DNA from: Eledone cirrhosa
Lineage: Eukaryota
Length of the DNA: 64,000 nt
NCBI GenBank assembly: GCA_964016885.1
Contig: OZ024750.1
Location: 14,198,001-14,262,000, forward strand
Reading direction: 5' to 3'
The stretch's first letter is position 1; each line of letters starts with the position of its first letter. Shown here piece after piece: positions 10,761 through 23,959 of this stretch. Position numbers and translations under genes: made by a program. Under the pieces are notes generated by a model. That model did no database searches, was not told the origin of the DNA, and saw nothing but the letters and a program-made list of their open reading frames with translations.

Positions 10761-13315
10761 TAGGCCTAATAAATATCAATTATATATCTATATACATAGA
10801 AATACAACTAACATTTATTCGTATGAGTGGACCTATAACTAGAAATTGAAAAAAAAAAAATAAAAAAATTCACATAATTTGCCATAACCAAACAAAACCT
10901 TTTATAATGTCAACTGATGAAAAGGTTTGGTATAGAAGTACCACCAGATCAGATTTTTCTATTCTCACGGAAATGAATTCATTTAACCGGTTAGCATTTA
11001 AACCAGCCGTATCTGGCTAGAATTCTCTCACCTTTCTCTTCAAACTGGCTGTTATACTTAAGGTATTGTTCTCAAAATAAATAATATCAAAATCAAGATT
11101 TGATATTATTTAAGATAATTATGTGAAATAAAGTTTTTACCATGAAAATACAATACATTATGCTAAAGGACTAAATATACATCTGACTATGAATAGCTTT
11201 CATTTATTATCTTTTAACATCCTATGATTTAACAGAAAATATCTTTAAAAAATGGGCTTGTTAATTCAAATGTTTATAGCATTGCTACCAGTGGATAAGT
11301 GGTTGTGAACACTTGCAGTATTAGAGTAAAGACTTGAATTTTTTATGTGATACAGTTGTGGTGCTGTTTGTCTTTCAGATGTGATTTCATGTGGGACAGG
11401 ACGTTAAGAGATGAATATTATATATATATATATATATATAAAAAATAAAAAAAAGTGTAGACAAAAATAAGACTAAAAGCATATCAATTTTTAATTGTTT
11501 AATATTTACAAATGAAAAGTATTGTATATAAAAATTACAAATGTGCCTCAGCCCAAAATGTGACTTTGTAGGAAACACATCATCAGAAAGAGGTCAAGTT
11601 TGCCAATCATTAGCAATATTGGAGATATGAATCAGAATTCTCTTAAATATAATAATCTATTGAAGATTATTTAGGGCCAACATACTGACGTTTGCTCAGT
11701 GAAATACTTTTAGTAGTTCAAACACTACTAAAAGTATGATTTAATTGCGAAAACCTGGGGGGGAAAAAAAAAAAAAAAAAAAAAAAAAACTGCCGAAAAA
11801 ATTAAATCATGTTTCACCAAGCAAGTCAGATGGCAATTGCTTAAGATCAATCAAAACTAATGTGGAATAAAATGATATACATAGTAAATCAAGTCATTTT
11901 GATAAAGATTTGATTGATACTTTGAACTGAAGGTATTCAGTTTGAAATCTAGGCTGAAACAGAAATACTGTTTTGGTTGGCTCTTAAATAAAATTAACAT
12001 TGTTGCTAAACTGATTTTTTAAAAAAAATCTTTACATTAGAATATTTTTATTAAGCTAAATCTTAAGTTAAAGTCTGTCCCTAGCCTGGAGGCTTATTCT
12101 GGTTTCATCATTTTAAGCAACTAAGAGTACAAAACTCTACCCTGGGCAAGACACCAGTCTATTGCAAGGTTAACTCCCAGCTAATGCTGGTACTCATTTT
12201 CAGCTGAGTGTACTAGAGCAATGTGAAATGAAGCATTTAGCTCAAGAACACAACACACAACCCAGTTGAGGAATTTGAACCCACAACATCATGATTGTAA
12301 ATCCAACACCCTAACTAGGCCATGCGTCTCCACAATATTTTTTTATAGATTTATTATATTATTTATTCATTTTTCATGCTGGCATTGGTCCAATCCATGT
12401 TCCTCCTGCTTGTCAATTTGTCTCCCAGTGTATCAAAACCACGGAGCAGTTACTATATGGCACACACAAGAAAGGTTCGTTTAACGTAAAACCAGTCCAA
12501 GTTGCTCAATTGAAGATAATACAGTTTCTTTTGGAGTTAAGAATGGTCCTCTCAAGAATTTATGCCAACATATCTAGCAGATAGAAAATGTAAATATGTG
12601 GAGCCAACAAAGGCACTCTCACTCAAATGTTCAGTTTGCTGTCATAATTGGCAGCCACATCTCCTTCAAATTTCTACCCTACTGCCAAGTTAGTTAATCC
12701 TAAGTGTGACAGAAAGGTCAAACATTAAAGGCCAGTCAAACATAGATTTGTTCACAGAAATGTTTTCCAAATATTGTAGATACGATCAGAAAGCAATGAC
12801 TTTTGCTGAGGAACAGCAACATACATGCTCTGACCAAGCCCATTTTGTTCAAGCCAAAAAGGTAGCTTCCACGTGATCAATCGATCTGCTAAAAGTAGCA
12901 GCCAAACCTCCTTCAAAACATACTATAGTCTTAAAGTGAAGGATACATTGGATAATGTAGTCCTACATACTTTGTTTATAAAAAAAAAAAAAAAAAAAAA
13001 AAAAAGACCAATCAAGCATGGAACACTTTTGTAATCAGATCTCTCCCGGAGCTGAACAACAATCTTACAAAAAGACTGTATAGAAGCATGCCAGAACTGT
13101 CACACTGCTGCTTGGTAGAGTGTGAAGTACAGCATGGTTCCTAGTTCTCAGTTCGCAGGAGGCATATGAAGCTGGAACAACAGATCTGTGCTCAATGCTA
13201 AGTCGTTCAGCTGACAACTTTACATGCCTTAGGGACTGTTCAATTAGATATCACCTGGAGTTTACAACACCTATTATATTGAATAAAATACTAGTAAACT
13301 CTTAAGCTAAATACA

Positions 13316-13321
13316 TTTATT
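13316..13321 (-). promoter_or_regulatory. Candidate polyadenylation signal (AATAAA) of the Mcl-1-like gene
   Basis: tttatt on the plus strand, ~240 nt downstream of the stop codon; a more distal site is possible. Confidence 0.35.
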
Positions 13322-13559
13322 AAATCTCCATTAATATAAGGGATGGGGGAATTTTTTTATGAAGCAAATTTACAATACAAAAATATAAATAAATAATTTG
13401 TTTGTGGAGGGGTAAGTTTTACAACTAAAATGTTTAAAAAAAATAAAATAACTCTCTAACTTATTTTAATACAAAAACAATTGTGTTTTTGTTATAGATG
13501 GTTGTCCAGGCATAACTTAGAATGGGCACATAAGAAAGGTTGAAGTATTATTATACAGT

Positions 13560-13667
13560 TCATTGTGTTGTAATGACTAATGCACCGAGACCAAATGCAG
13601 CAAATATAAATCCCTTCCATAATTTATCTTCCTGAACTTGTTCTGGAAAGAAGTCTGAAAAATTATC
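13560..13667 (-). CDS. Bcl-2 family (Mcl-1-like) protein, coding exon 2 (C-terminal transmembrane anchor)
   Basis: Polypyrimidine tract + AG acceptor (13669-13668), then DNFSDFFPEQVQEDKLWKGFIFAAFGLGALVITTQ-stop. In frame with exon 1 as GGW|D. Confidence 0.9.
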   Translation of the reverse strand, partial: DNFSDFFPEQVQEDKLWKGFIFAAFGLGALVITTQ

Positions 13668-15462
13668 CTAAAAAGAAAAGAAAAAAAAAAAATTTATATA
13701 ATAATGATAAAAAAAATACAAAAAACTCAGAACCTTTTATAAATAATTGATAAATTAAAAAAAAAAAAATTAAAAAATAAGTTTTTTTAATAAATATTCT
13801 AACATCAATCCCCAGCATATGTGCAATCTAAATTATTGTACACATATCCATTTGATAGAAAACAATACACTGAGCTCACGTCAAAAGCAGGAGTAGGGCC
13901 TCAGGTTTGAAAACAAATGACTCAACTCAACACATGATCATTTTCAAGCAATCAATCAATTTATGCTGATCATAGCAGGGAAATAGGACTGCTTTTATAA
14001 TAAAGTATCACAAAGCAGTACCACCATTCATCTATAGCAACTTTCAAGTAACAGTATAATTTCCATTTCAGGATATTAACAATCATTTCCATTGATTGTA
14101 GTGAAGCTGTGATAGAAGACCATAATAGTTTTTCAAATTATGTAGTATATACAACCTTACTATAACTACCAATTTAGATTTATTGAAGCAATGCAAGTAG
14201 AATTTTTTCATTTGGTATTTTACACATTGTTAAAAGTTGCCAAATACAATTTAATGCTAGGGCAAGCCAAAGTATATGAACTGAAATGTTTGGTAATTAC
14301 TGGGTTTGTCCAACCCACAACAGCAGAAGACTGAGTAGAATCTAATTTCATTGGGGCCAACTGAACAGGTTTAAAAAGTCAGGTATGCACACGGTCAGTG
14401 TGCTGGCATCCATTCAACAAGACTTGGTATAAGTGTGTGTTCATATATGTTAACCCTTTAGCATTTAAACTGGCCGTATCTGGCCAGAATTTTTTCCACC
14501 ACTTTCTGTTCAAACCGGCTGTAACTGGCTGCTCATACTGATGTTAACGTATTGTTCTCAAAGTAAATAATATCAAAATCTCAGATTCGATATTATGTGA
14601 GGTAAAGACTTTACTGTGAAAATATAAGAGTAAATCTTGAGATCCAACAGTCAATAACAATAGCTAGTGCTCTGTAACACTTATTAGTCGGTGGGGGGGG
14701 GGGGGGGGGAATTCACTGAAACTGGTGTTTACAAGGCATCACGAAGTACATACAGCAAATTGGCAGAATCATTAGAAAGCTGGATATTTGTTTCCGCTCT
14801 ATGAGTTCACATCCCACCGCAGTCAACTTCGCCTTTCATTTTTTCAGGATTGATAAAAAAGTACCAGTCTAATCATGGGATCAGTTCTTCTGCGTCTCTT
14901 TCTCGCTTCCATTCTCTGGAAGAAATTTGTTGCAGAAGAGCTGCAGAAGAGATATGCTCCATCAGGCTTTAAGAAACGCTGTATGTCAATACAGTACTCC
15001 TATGACTCCCTCGGGAGATGCAGGAGTACTTCCACCATTCATTTATAACTATTTTCAAGTAACAGTAATTTCCATTGCAGGATATTGACAACAGCTAGCA
15101 TGGAAAAAAATGAACCTTAAATGATGATGATGCTGCTGCTAATGTAGTGAAGCTGTGTTAGGCCGTAATAGCCGACCAATATTGTAACCCAATGTTTCAA
15201 ATTATATAGTATATACAACCGTGCTATAAAACACCGTCTTGTTATTGTGATTGCCAAGTTAAATCCTGACTAAGGTATTGCTAGACCAGTTAATGTAGGA
15301 TGCTCCTCTACCAGAGGTTCTGACAATATGTTTCCAAGAACTGAACAAAATAAGAATTGTTTCATAATTGAGAATATATAAACCGATTACGTGCGCACTT
15401 GAAAATAAAACTAACAATAATGAGGAATGTAAAATTATTTTTCTTCGGTTTATTTTTTGTGT

Positions 15463-15859
15463 GTACTATCAACTAATTTGACCCCTCAGATGCTCGTATC
15501 GACTTTTTATCTCTGATTAGGGTTTCAGTTTTCCGAGGGATAAAAAAAAAAAAAAAAAAAAAAAAAAAGGCGATTTCGAGACTCTTTGGAGCTTAGATTA
15601 GTTGATAGCACGCGAAAAAAAAAAAAAAATGATTTCCCACCAAACGCAATGGGGAGGGGGGGGGGAACCAATGCTCTTTTCGTCCCCTTTTTCTATTCGT
15701 TGATAACGAAGGAAACAAAAAGAAACAAAGAAAAAATTCGTAGAGAAAACTCAGAGGGGGAAGGGGGCACCCACCTCACAGCCTCCGTTTTCCTGAGGAG
15801 GGGGGGGGGGGGAGAAATCTAGTGCGAGAGCATCTTGGAGGTCAGATTAGTTGATAGCA
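15463..15859. mobile_element. Unclassified TIR MITE (TIR ~ GTGCTATCAACTAATCTGACC) in the Mcl-1-like intron
   Basis: tactatcaactaatttgacccctcagatgctc at the left and gagcatcttggaggtcagattagttgatagca at the right; extra internal TIR copy near 15590-15611. Confidence 0.7.
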
Positions 15860-16626
15860 TTTGTAATAAATTTTTCACCCTTGTAAACAAAACAAAATGT
15901 GATGGTACCCATTCGCATGCCCCTCCCCCTGTCACTCCTTAGTTATCCCCACCCCCACTATCACTTCTTAGCTATCTTCACAATCACTGTACACCGCTCA
16001 TATTCCACCACCTTAAATTGTAACACCCACACTATCACCCCAACCCTTAAATCCTAACACTTGTCATACATGTATGACATCAACCGTCATAACCCCCCCC
16101 CCCCACACACACACACACACACACGCGCGTAGAGTAGGGAGAGCTCTTCACATAAGTCAATGACAAACCTCCCTTGCGCTGGTGCCACGAGAAATGCACC
16201 CAGTACAACATGCAAGGTGGTTGGCGATAGGAAGGGCATCCTACTGTAGAAACACTGCCAAAAGGATGGTTGGTGAGAACTCTCTGGTTGTGTCAAGAGT
16301 ACGAGAACCTTTTTTAATGTTGATGATTTACGTGATAAACTACGTAATGGAGTTAGTTATATAGGAAGGACAGTGCGGTAGAAAACTTGCCAAACAATGA
16401 GCCGGAAAGATTCTTTAGCTGCGTCAAGGACATGACGACCTCCTTAATGTTTACAATGATAACAAAATGCACCAAGTATGCCCTGTAGATTATGGGAACG
16501 AATGTAAGTGAGATAAGGTCCTAGTCCGATTTATCAGTAGCTCTGATTAAATAACCTGATGTGATAACCCGTCCTATCCTTGCTAGAAAGGAAAGCGGGC
16601 GTTAAGAGACGATGAGATACACACAT

Positions 16627-16670
<44 letters not shown>

Positions 16671-16904
16671 AACGTATATATATCTATCCAACTGAGTTTC
16701 TTACCAACATATATACGTATATATAAATATAGTTAAAAACTAACAGAGCTGAGCTGCTAAAAAAAAAAATAAAAAAAAAATAAGTCTTATTTTCAAGTGT
16801 GATCCTAATAAGACTCATAATACAGATGTACAATATCTATATACACACACACACATACATAATATATATACACACACACACACATTATATATACATATAT
16901 ACAT

Positions 16905-16944
<40 letters not shown>

Positions 16945-17409
16945 TCTGTTTCATATTTAAGTACAAGCTGCGGTTATGAAAACGAGGAAATTAAACAATG
17001 AGGACAAATAAAACGTTAAGATCGGCAATTCTCGGTACACGAGTGCGTAAGTTCAACTGTTCATCGGCCATTACATTGAGTACACGTAGATATACGAAAA
17101 TTAGTTACATTACTGTCTTTTAATTATATAGTATTTGTGTGTAGCAATTGGAGTAAACCTATTTCAAACTAATAAAATAGTATCGTAAAATGTATATCAA
17201 GAAATAAAAGAAGCCGATAATCACAGGGAAATATAAAACGGAGTGGCTTCGATGTTGAACATCCTCGAAAATGGGGGGGAGCAAATCATGTGAGCCTCGT
17301 GATTTGCTGATGATGATATATGGAAACTTAATAAAACAACTCTATTAGTAAAATTATAGATATTAACTTATTAAAATTGATTAGAAAAGAATAATAAACG
17401 TGTATTTAC

Positions 17410-17955
17410 CCAGCCACCAGAGTCAATAATCCATTTTCCTAATTTTTTACCAACATATCTGCCTGTGTACAAAGCAATTTGGTTACAATTTTCCGGTTTT
17501 TTGTTATGAAAATATTGAGCAAGTCTAGCTGCAAACGAATAAACAGCAACTACTCGACCCCAATTAATCTGACCGTCTTCAAATATTTCATCGGTTACAC
17601 ATGTGAAGGAAATAAACAGATTGGTGTCATCGACTTGAAGTCGATTTATCATGGTTTTAAATAAAATATCGTGCCGCTTTGAAAGTTCTTGCACCGTTCT
17701 TCGCATTGTTTTACAATAACGGTTAAGCGGTTTCTTTCCGGGATTAATGAAAAACTGAATAATATCTTCGGCGATATTTTCAGCATCCCTACAAACCCTT
17801 TCCAACTGTGTTGTATTTCCATCTAAAAAGGATGAGTCGGTATCGCCGGTCTGACCAATATTGTTAAGTCCTTGGAAACCGGGAAGCTGTACAAGACGTC
17901 GGTTGATTGCTGCGAATGGAGACCCAACTTTACTTCGTTCAAATTCAGTTGACAT
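17410..17955 (-). CDS. Bcl-2 family anti-apoptotic-type protein (Mcl-1-like), coding exon 1
   Basis: BH3-like TMRRTVQEL..HDILFKTMINRL, BH1 EIFEDGQINWGRVVAVYSF and BH2 WIIDSGGW, followed by a GTAAAT donor at 17409. The phase-0 intron in BH2 is typical of the Bcl-2 family. Total 217 aa. Confidence 0.93.
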
Positions 17956-18356
17956 AGTTTATTGAGTTAAACAGTAAATTGCAGGCGTAAAAAGAAGTGC
18001 TACAGAATAATTTCTTTCCTATATATATACTTATCTACAACCAGCTAGCAGCAGCAGCAGTAGTAGCAGCACGCACTACACTGTTAATTGTTTCTTTTTG
18101 TAATATTAACCAATCAGAAAGTCGGTGTAATGTATGCTTTGTACTTCAGTACTTTTCCTTATTTCCATTTTTCAGTTTACAAATTAAGTTTAGTAAAACT
18201 GATATAAAATTCCCTCAAAAACGGAAGAAAACATATCCGAAAAGAAAAAATAACTATAATTTTTTTCCCTCTTATGTCTAAGAAAACTTTCAGGTATCAT
18301 AGAAAAACACAACTCGATTTCAGTTGGAAATAATTATTTTGTCTCGTCTTTTTCAT

Positions 18357-18611
18357 GTATTATCAACTAATCTGACTTCGGAACATACTGCAAAGGACCT
18401 TTTTTCCGAAAACAAAACGGAGAGGAAAGGCAGGGGCAACTCTCTCTCTCTCCAAATTCGTTGATAACACACGAATTTTATTTTTAATGGTGAAGGATAC
18501 TCCGTGTGTGGGGCGAGAGATCCAGGTGAACCCACCCCTCCAAGCACCTCCGTTTTCCGGGGGGGAAAAGTCCTTTGCGGCATGTTCGCAGGTCAGATTA
18601 GTTAATGGCAC
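18357..18611. mobile_element. Second copy of the same TIR MITE family, ~400 bp upstream of the Mcl-1-like ATG
   Basis: gtattatcaactaatctgac ... gtcagattagttaatggcac inverted termini. Confidence 0.7.
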
Positions 18612-21526
18612 ACGGAAAAGAAAACAAGAAAAATAATTATTATTATAGAGTTTTCTATAAATTTATTCCGTCATGCGATTTAACACCCCTGCGGGTCTGA
18701 AGATAATTTCCTCCACAAGTCACATAGATTCTGAAAAGGATCCTAAGAGTTGATCTCCCTTCGACTAAGCTATAATTATTAATCTAAACAAAACTATAAA
18801 AATAGCTTCATTGAACTCTGTTAATTCTCTGTAATTCTCCATTTGTTGTTGTTTTGCCCAATGTCAGTTCCAACAAACAGATTTGTGATCAAAAAGCATT
18901 CCAGCCGTGACAATCAAGAATTACATTTTTTCAATGCGTCATGTTTTAAGACAGTAGCTTGTTATTTGAGACATTTGGCTGCTATTTCTAGCATGTCTTA
19001 GAGGCTCCCTTGCTATCCCGTTTCCCTAATTATGGGATCAGTGTTATAAAAACATTTTCTTCGGAATAAAGACGTTGTAGTTAATTAACTACATCAATCT
19101 CACTGGTCTCAAGGAATGGGTTCTTATGAAGGCCATGTGACCAGCCCCTTCTAAAAGTATAAAGTTGGTCTCAAGCCTGAAGGCTCCTCAGGCCAGTGAG
19201 TGCTTATTCCAGTTTCCTTGTCATGAAGCAACTGAGAGTATATGACTACTCCTGGACAAGATGCCAGTCCATTGCAGGTTAAACTCCCAGTTATTGCTGG
19301 TACTCATTTTCAGCTGAGTATACTGGAGCAGCATGAAATGAAATTTTTTGATAAAAAACAACACAAAACCCAGTCCAGGAATTGAACCCACAACATTACT
19401 ATTTGGTGGATGGCAGTATCGGTAGAGGGTCTGACGCCATGTTAGGGTGGTGGATGGCAGTATCAGTAGAGGGTCTGACGCCATGCTTTGCAGCAAAGAG
19501 TTACTGCCCTATATGGTCTGAGTTCAAATCCCGCCGAGGTTAACTTTGCCTTTCGTCCTTACGAGGTCGATAAAATAAAGTACCAGTAATACACTGGGAT
19601 AATTGCTGGCCTTGTGCCAAAAGTAGAAACAATTATTTGTAAGTCCAACACACTTACCACTAGGCCACACCTCTATACAAATGCAATGAAAAGAAAAAGC
19701 AAAGAAAACCAATCCTTTCAATTAATTGTTTCTACTTTTGGCACAAGGCCAGCAATTACCCAGTGTATTACTGGTACTTTATTTTATCGACCCTGTAAGG
19801 ATAAAAGGCAAAGTTAACCTCGGCGGGATTTGAACTCAGAATGGCAAGGGCCTTTCAATTAATGAAAGAAAATTAATTTTTTTAAATTTCCTTTTTTAGA
19901 AAATATTTTATGATTGTTCACAAAAATAGACAATTTAAATTCATAGGAAAATATCCATTTCAGAGGTTAATATCTCAACCCCAAGGTGTTGATCGGTCAA
20001 CTCAGAAAATTGAATAAACTTTTGGAGCCAAATCCTAACATTTATATAAGTAATGAAAATACTTAAAATAATGATTTCTGATTTAGGTACCAAGCCAACA
20101 ATTTTGGTAGCAGGGGAAAGTCAATTAAATTAACCCCAGTGTATTACTGGTACTTTATTTTATTGAGTCCGTTAGGATGAAAGACAAAGCTAACCTCAGC
20201 AGGATTTGAACTCAGAATATAAAGGGACCTAACTATATGCTGCAAAGCATGTCCGACGCTCAATCGATAAATGGATTATAACTTGCTTATACAGGTTTCT
20301 GATTCCTATATATAATTAGTCTCAAAATTGGTAAAGCATACTAAAACTCCAGAGCCATAAAGACAGCTCACAAAACAGGGTGAACACCCTCAAAAGAAAG
20401 ATATAACCCTTTAGCATTTACATTACTCTATATTTATTTTTCTATTTTCACAGTAAACGCTTTACCTCACATAATATTGAATCTATTAGATTATGATATT
20501 ATTTATTTTGAGAACAATACCTTAACATCTATATGAGTGGCAGGTTACAGCCGGTTTGAACAGAAAGAGATGAGAGAAGTCTGGCTGGATATGGCTGATT
20601 TAAATGCTAAAGGGTTAAGGGAGAAAGTCAGTATTTGTTTTTGCGCTCTGTGTTCAAATCACGCCAATGTTAACTTTGCTTTTCATTCTTCCAGATTCCA
20701 TAAAATAAAATACATGAGTCCTTACCCCCTTAAAATTGCTAGCCTTGTGCCTAAATTAGAAAACATTATGAAACTGGGACCAATTCTACATAGATAGTAT
20801 CTTAACTCAAATCAGTTGATATATCTAAACTGATAATATTCAAACATGCTGATTTAGATAAACTGTCACGAGTTCTGAATAAGCAAAATTAGTTATGTAA
20901 TAGTTTCATTTAGTTGACTAAAATCAATATTTTATTATTTTTTTATCTGTAATTATTGGTAATTTATAAAGCTGATTGTAAATAATATTAGAGATGATTA
21001 TTACAGAGCTGAGTTATCTATAATGCTAGAATTCTTCAATAATGTAATGATGGTGGTGGGGGTGGTGCTGGTGGTGTTGGTGTGGTGGAGGTGAGCCTGA
21101 AAACCACACTTCAGAATCAGTAACTTCATCTGTTGAAAAACTGCAGCAATTAACTCAGCAATGCATTCAAAATATGCCTGCAGACCATACTTCTACTTCA
21201 GAATCAGTGATACTAATTGATTTCTAATTTAGGCACAAGGCCAGCAAATTTGGGTGAAAGTGCAAAGTTGACTAACTTAACCCCAGTACATTGCTGGTAC
21301 TTTATTTTATCAATGCCAGGAGGACAAAAGGCAATGTTGACCATGGTGAGATTTGAACTCAGGAGAATGTAAAGAGCCAAGAAGAGGAAATATATATATA
21401 TACAAAACGCCAGCGCCAACAGTTTTGCAAGAGATGTCAACATGAATGGACCTGTTATTTTTATCTAAAGACATTTTTTCCAATTCCAACCCGCCCATCC
21501 CCTCAATCTATCTTATTTCTCATTCT

Positions 21527-21564
21527 TTCTTCTGATGAAGGACTAGTGTCCGAAACATTAAGAC
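21527..21564 (+). ncRNA. Minimal hammerhead ribozyme, unit 1 (slightly mutated)
   Basis: ttctt-CTGATGA-a-ggac(tagt)gtcc-GAAAC-AT-T-aagac; stem III G>A relative to unit 2. Confidence 0.75.
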
Positions 21565-21782
21565 CCTCTCCCTGCTATAGCAAGCGTTAACCTAATATAT
21601 GGTTTCCCTATACTGTGCCGATTATGTTGTTATTTCTGTTTACCTTTTACATACATCTTCACCAAAACACGATACAGTTTTGCAAGAGATGTCAGCATGA
21701 ATGGACCTGTTATTTTTATCTAAAGACATTGTTTTCCAATTCCATCTCGCCCGTCCCCTGAATCTATCTTATTTCTCATTCT

Positions 21783-21820
21783 GTCTTCTGATGAAGGACT
21801 AGCGTCCGAAACGTTAAGAC
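21783..21820 (+). ncRNA. Minimal type-I hammerhead ribozyme, unit 2 (core intact)
   Basis: gtctt-CTGATGA-a-ggac(tagc)gtcc-GAAAC-GT-T-aagac. Perfect stem I (gtctt/aagac) and stem II; palindromic ACGT stem III. Confidence 0.85.
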
Positions 21821-22144
21821 CCTCTTCCTGCTATATCAAGCGTTAACCTAATATATACCTTACATATACTGTACGGATTGTGTTGCTATTTCTGTTTACC
21901 TTTAACATACATATACTCTTTTACCTGTTTCAGCCATCCGGCTGAGGCCATGCTGGGGCACCGCCCTTATATATATATATTCTTAGAATTTATTGCACAG
22001 AGCACATTGTAATGCACGTGTTTTAAAGAAACTGGGTGTATGACATATAAATGGAAATGAGATTGTTACGGAATATTTAGAAAGCTGTACTATTTTCCCA
22101 AGAGTACATATATAAATAGATGCATATTTACAAATGCATGCATG

Positions 22145-22228
<84 letters not shown>

Positions 22229-22341
22229 AAGCTGGTGAGGCAGCTCTGGTGGGATAAAAGTCAGTTATTTTCCCAAAAGTACATATATAAATAGATGCAC
22301 ATGTGTATATAAATATATATGTGTATATATATATGTGTATA

Positions 22342-22407
<66 letters not shown>

Positions 22408-23959
22408 AATGTATCTATTTATATATAGGAGAGAGAGAGAGTGTTGTATGGGCGCTGTATTGACATATGCCGTATTTTGAGCCTGGCGGGGGCCCATCCT
22501 TTTCCAGGCTTGAGTACAGCAGATTTCTGCCAGAGAAAGATAGAAAGTGAAAGAGAGCAAATGAGAATGTGCCTCCCCAGCTTTCTAAATGTTTCTTCCG
22601 TAACAATCTTATTTCCATTTATATGTCATACACCCAGTCTCTTTATAACACGTGGATTACAACGTGTACTATACAATAAGTTCTAAGAATATATATATAA
22701 TACTTTGTTTTTCCTCTTCTCTTTAGGTACATCTTTCATAAACACTAGGAAACAATCAATCATTACATTGAGTATGTAGGATTGATTCAAACTTAATCCT
22801 CTTTTAAACATTTTAACCTAAGACCAATTTCTTTGCTTTAATTGTTCAATCTATACATGTATGCACACACATCATTGTTATTTCATGTTTTTTTCAATGC
22901 TGGTATGTCTTGGGCTGATCTTCTCTAGTGTAATATTCAAACTGTTGTCATCGTCTTTGTAAACGGCAAATTGGCAGAGTCATTAAAATGTCAGTTAGAG
23001 TACTTTCTGGTATTTGTTCTGGCTTTCTGTACTTTGAGTTCAAATCCCGCCATGGTCAACTTTACCTCTGATCCTTTCAAGGTCGCAAAAAAAAATAATA
23101 GTCTAATACTGGGGTTGACTTTTTCCTCTATATTTCTTTCTCACTCTTTCACTGGAAGAAATCAGTTGTGTTCAGACCTGGAGAGGAGATAGGTTTTGCC
23201 AGCTTTAAAAAATGGCCAAGAAAACTGAAATGCTGTATGTTACTGTAGCACCACAACAACTCCATCAAGAGTTATAGGTACATACATGCATATGATACAT
23301 CTTTGTAATGTTCAGAAGCTTGAAATCAGACTTTATCACATCTTTCAAAGCCACAGGCTCTTTCCTTTGGATTACTTGACACTCCAGCACCCAGCTGTCA
23401 CCTCCTGTATATGTAACATAGTTTTACCTTTAGACCTTCTGGTTCTGAGCTTTACTTTGACATTTGGAATTGTTCATTTGTTTATTCGATTGCATATAAT
23501 GCAATATTTTTATTCAGATATGACCAATCAAAAAAATACATTTGCTTATCATTATGCATTTGTAATATATATTTAAGTTAAGATAACAGAGTGATAGTAA
23601 TGTTAGAGCTCTGTACGAAATGTATTGCTGCATGTAGTTTTATACATTCTGAGTTCAAAAACTGATGGGTTCAACATTGTCTATCAACCCTCCAAGGATA
23701 GGTAAAATATAAGCATATCTTTGATTCAATGCAATATCTGGCCTTGTGCTAATTTTTCTAACCTTTATCTATTAGTATAGTATTATAGCTATCTCTTTCT
23801 CTCTATTCCTGACATATATATCATCATTATTAACATGGACATGATATTACGTCTGTTTTCCATGTTGGAATGGGTTGTATAGGTGAACACAGCAGAATCT
23901 ACACAAGTTGAAGAACCATACCTTGCTCATCCGTTTCATTTTCATGTGGTTTCTACAGT

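Larger units (their letters stand above)
21420..21915 (+). mobile_element. Tandem dimer (~255-bp units) of a hammerhead-bearing retrozyme/Penelope-like pLTR (family B)
   Basis: cagttttgcaagagatgtca at 21420 and 21675; each unit contains a CTGATGA...GAAAC core; flanked by TA-rich tracts. Confidence 0.8.

Noticed and set aside
10905-10940. CTGATGA as a possible hammerhead core
   Set aside because: No stem II followed by GAAA, and no closing stem I. The same applies to CTGAAGA at ~18697 and ~26793.
17371-17409. ORF-track C-terminus VNTRLLFFSNQF of the Bcl-2-like ORF
   Set aside because: This is intron read-through; the GT donor at 17409 splices to the TM-encoding exon at 13667.
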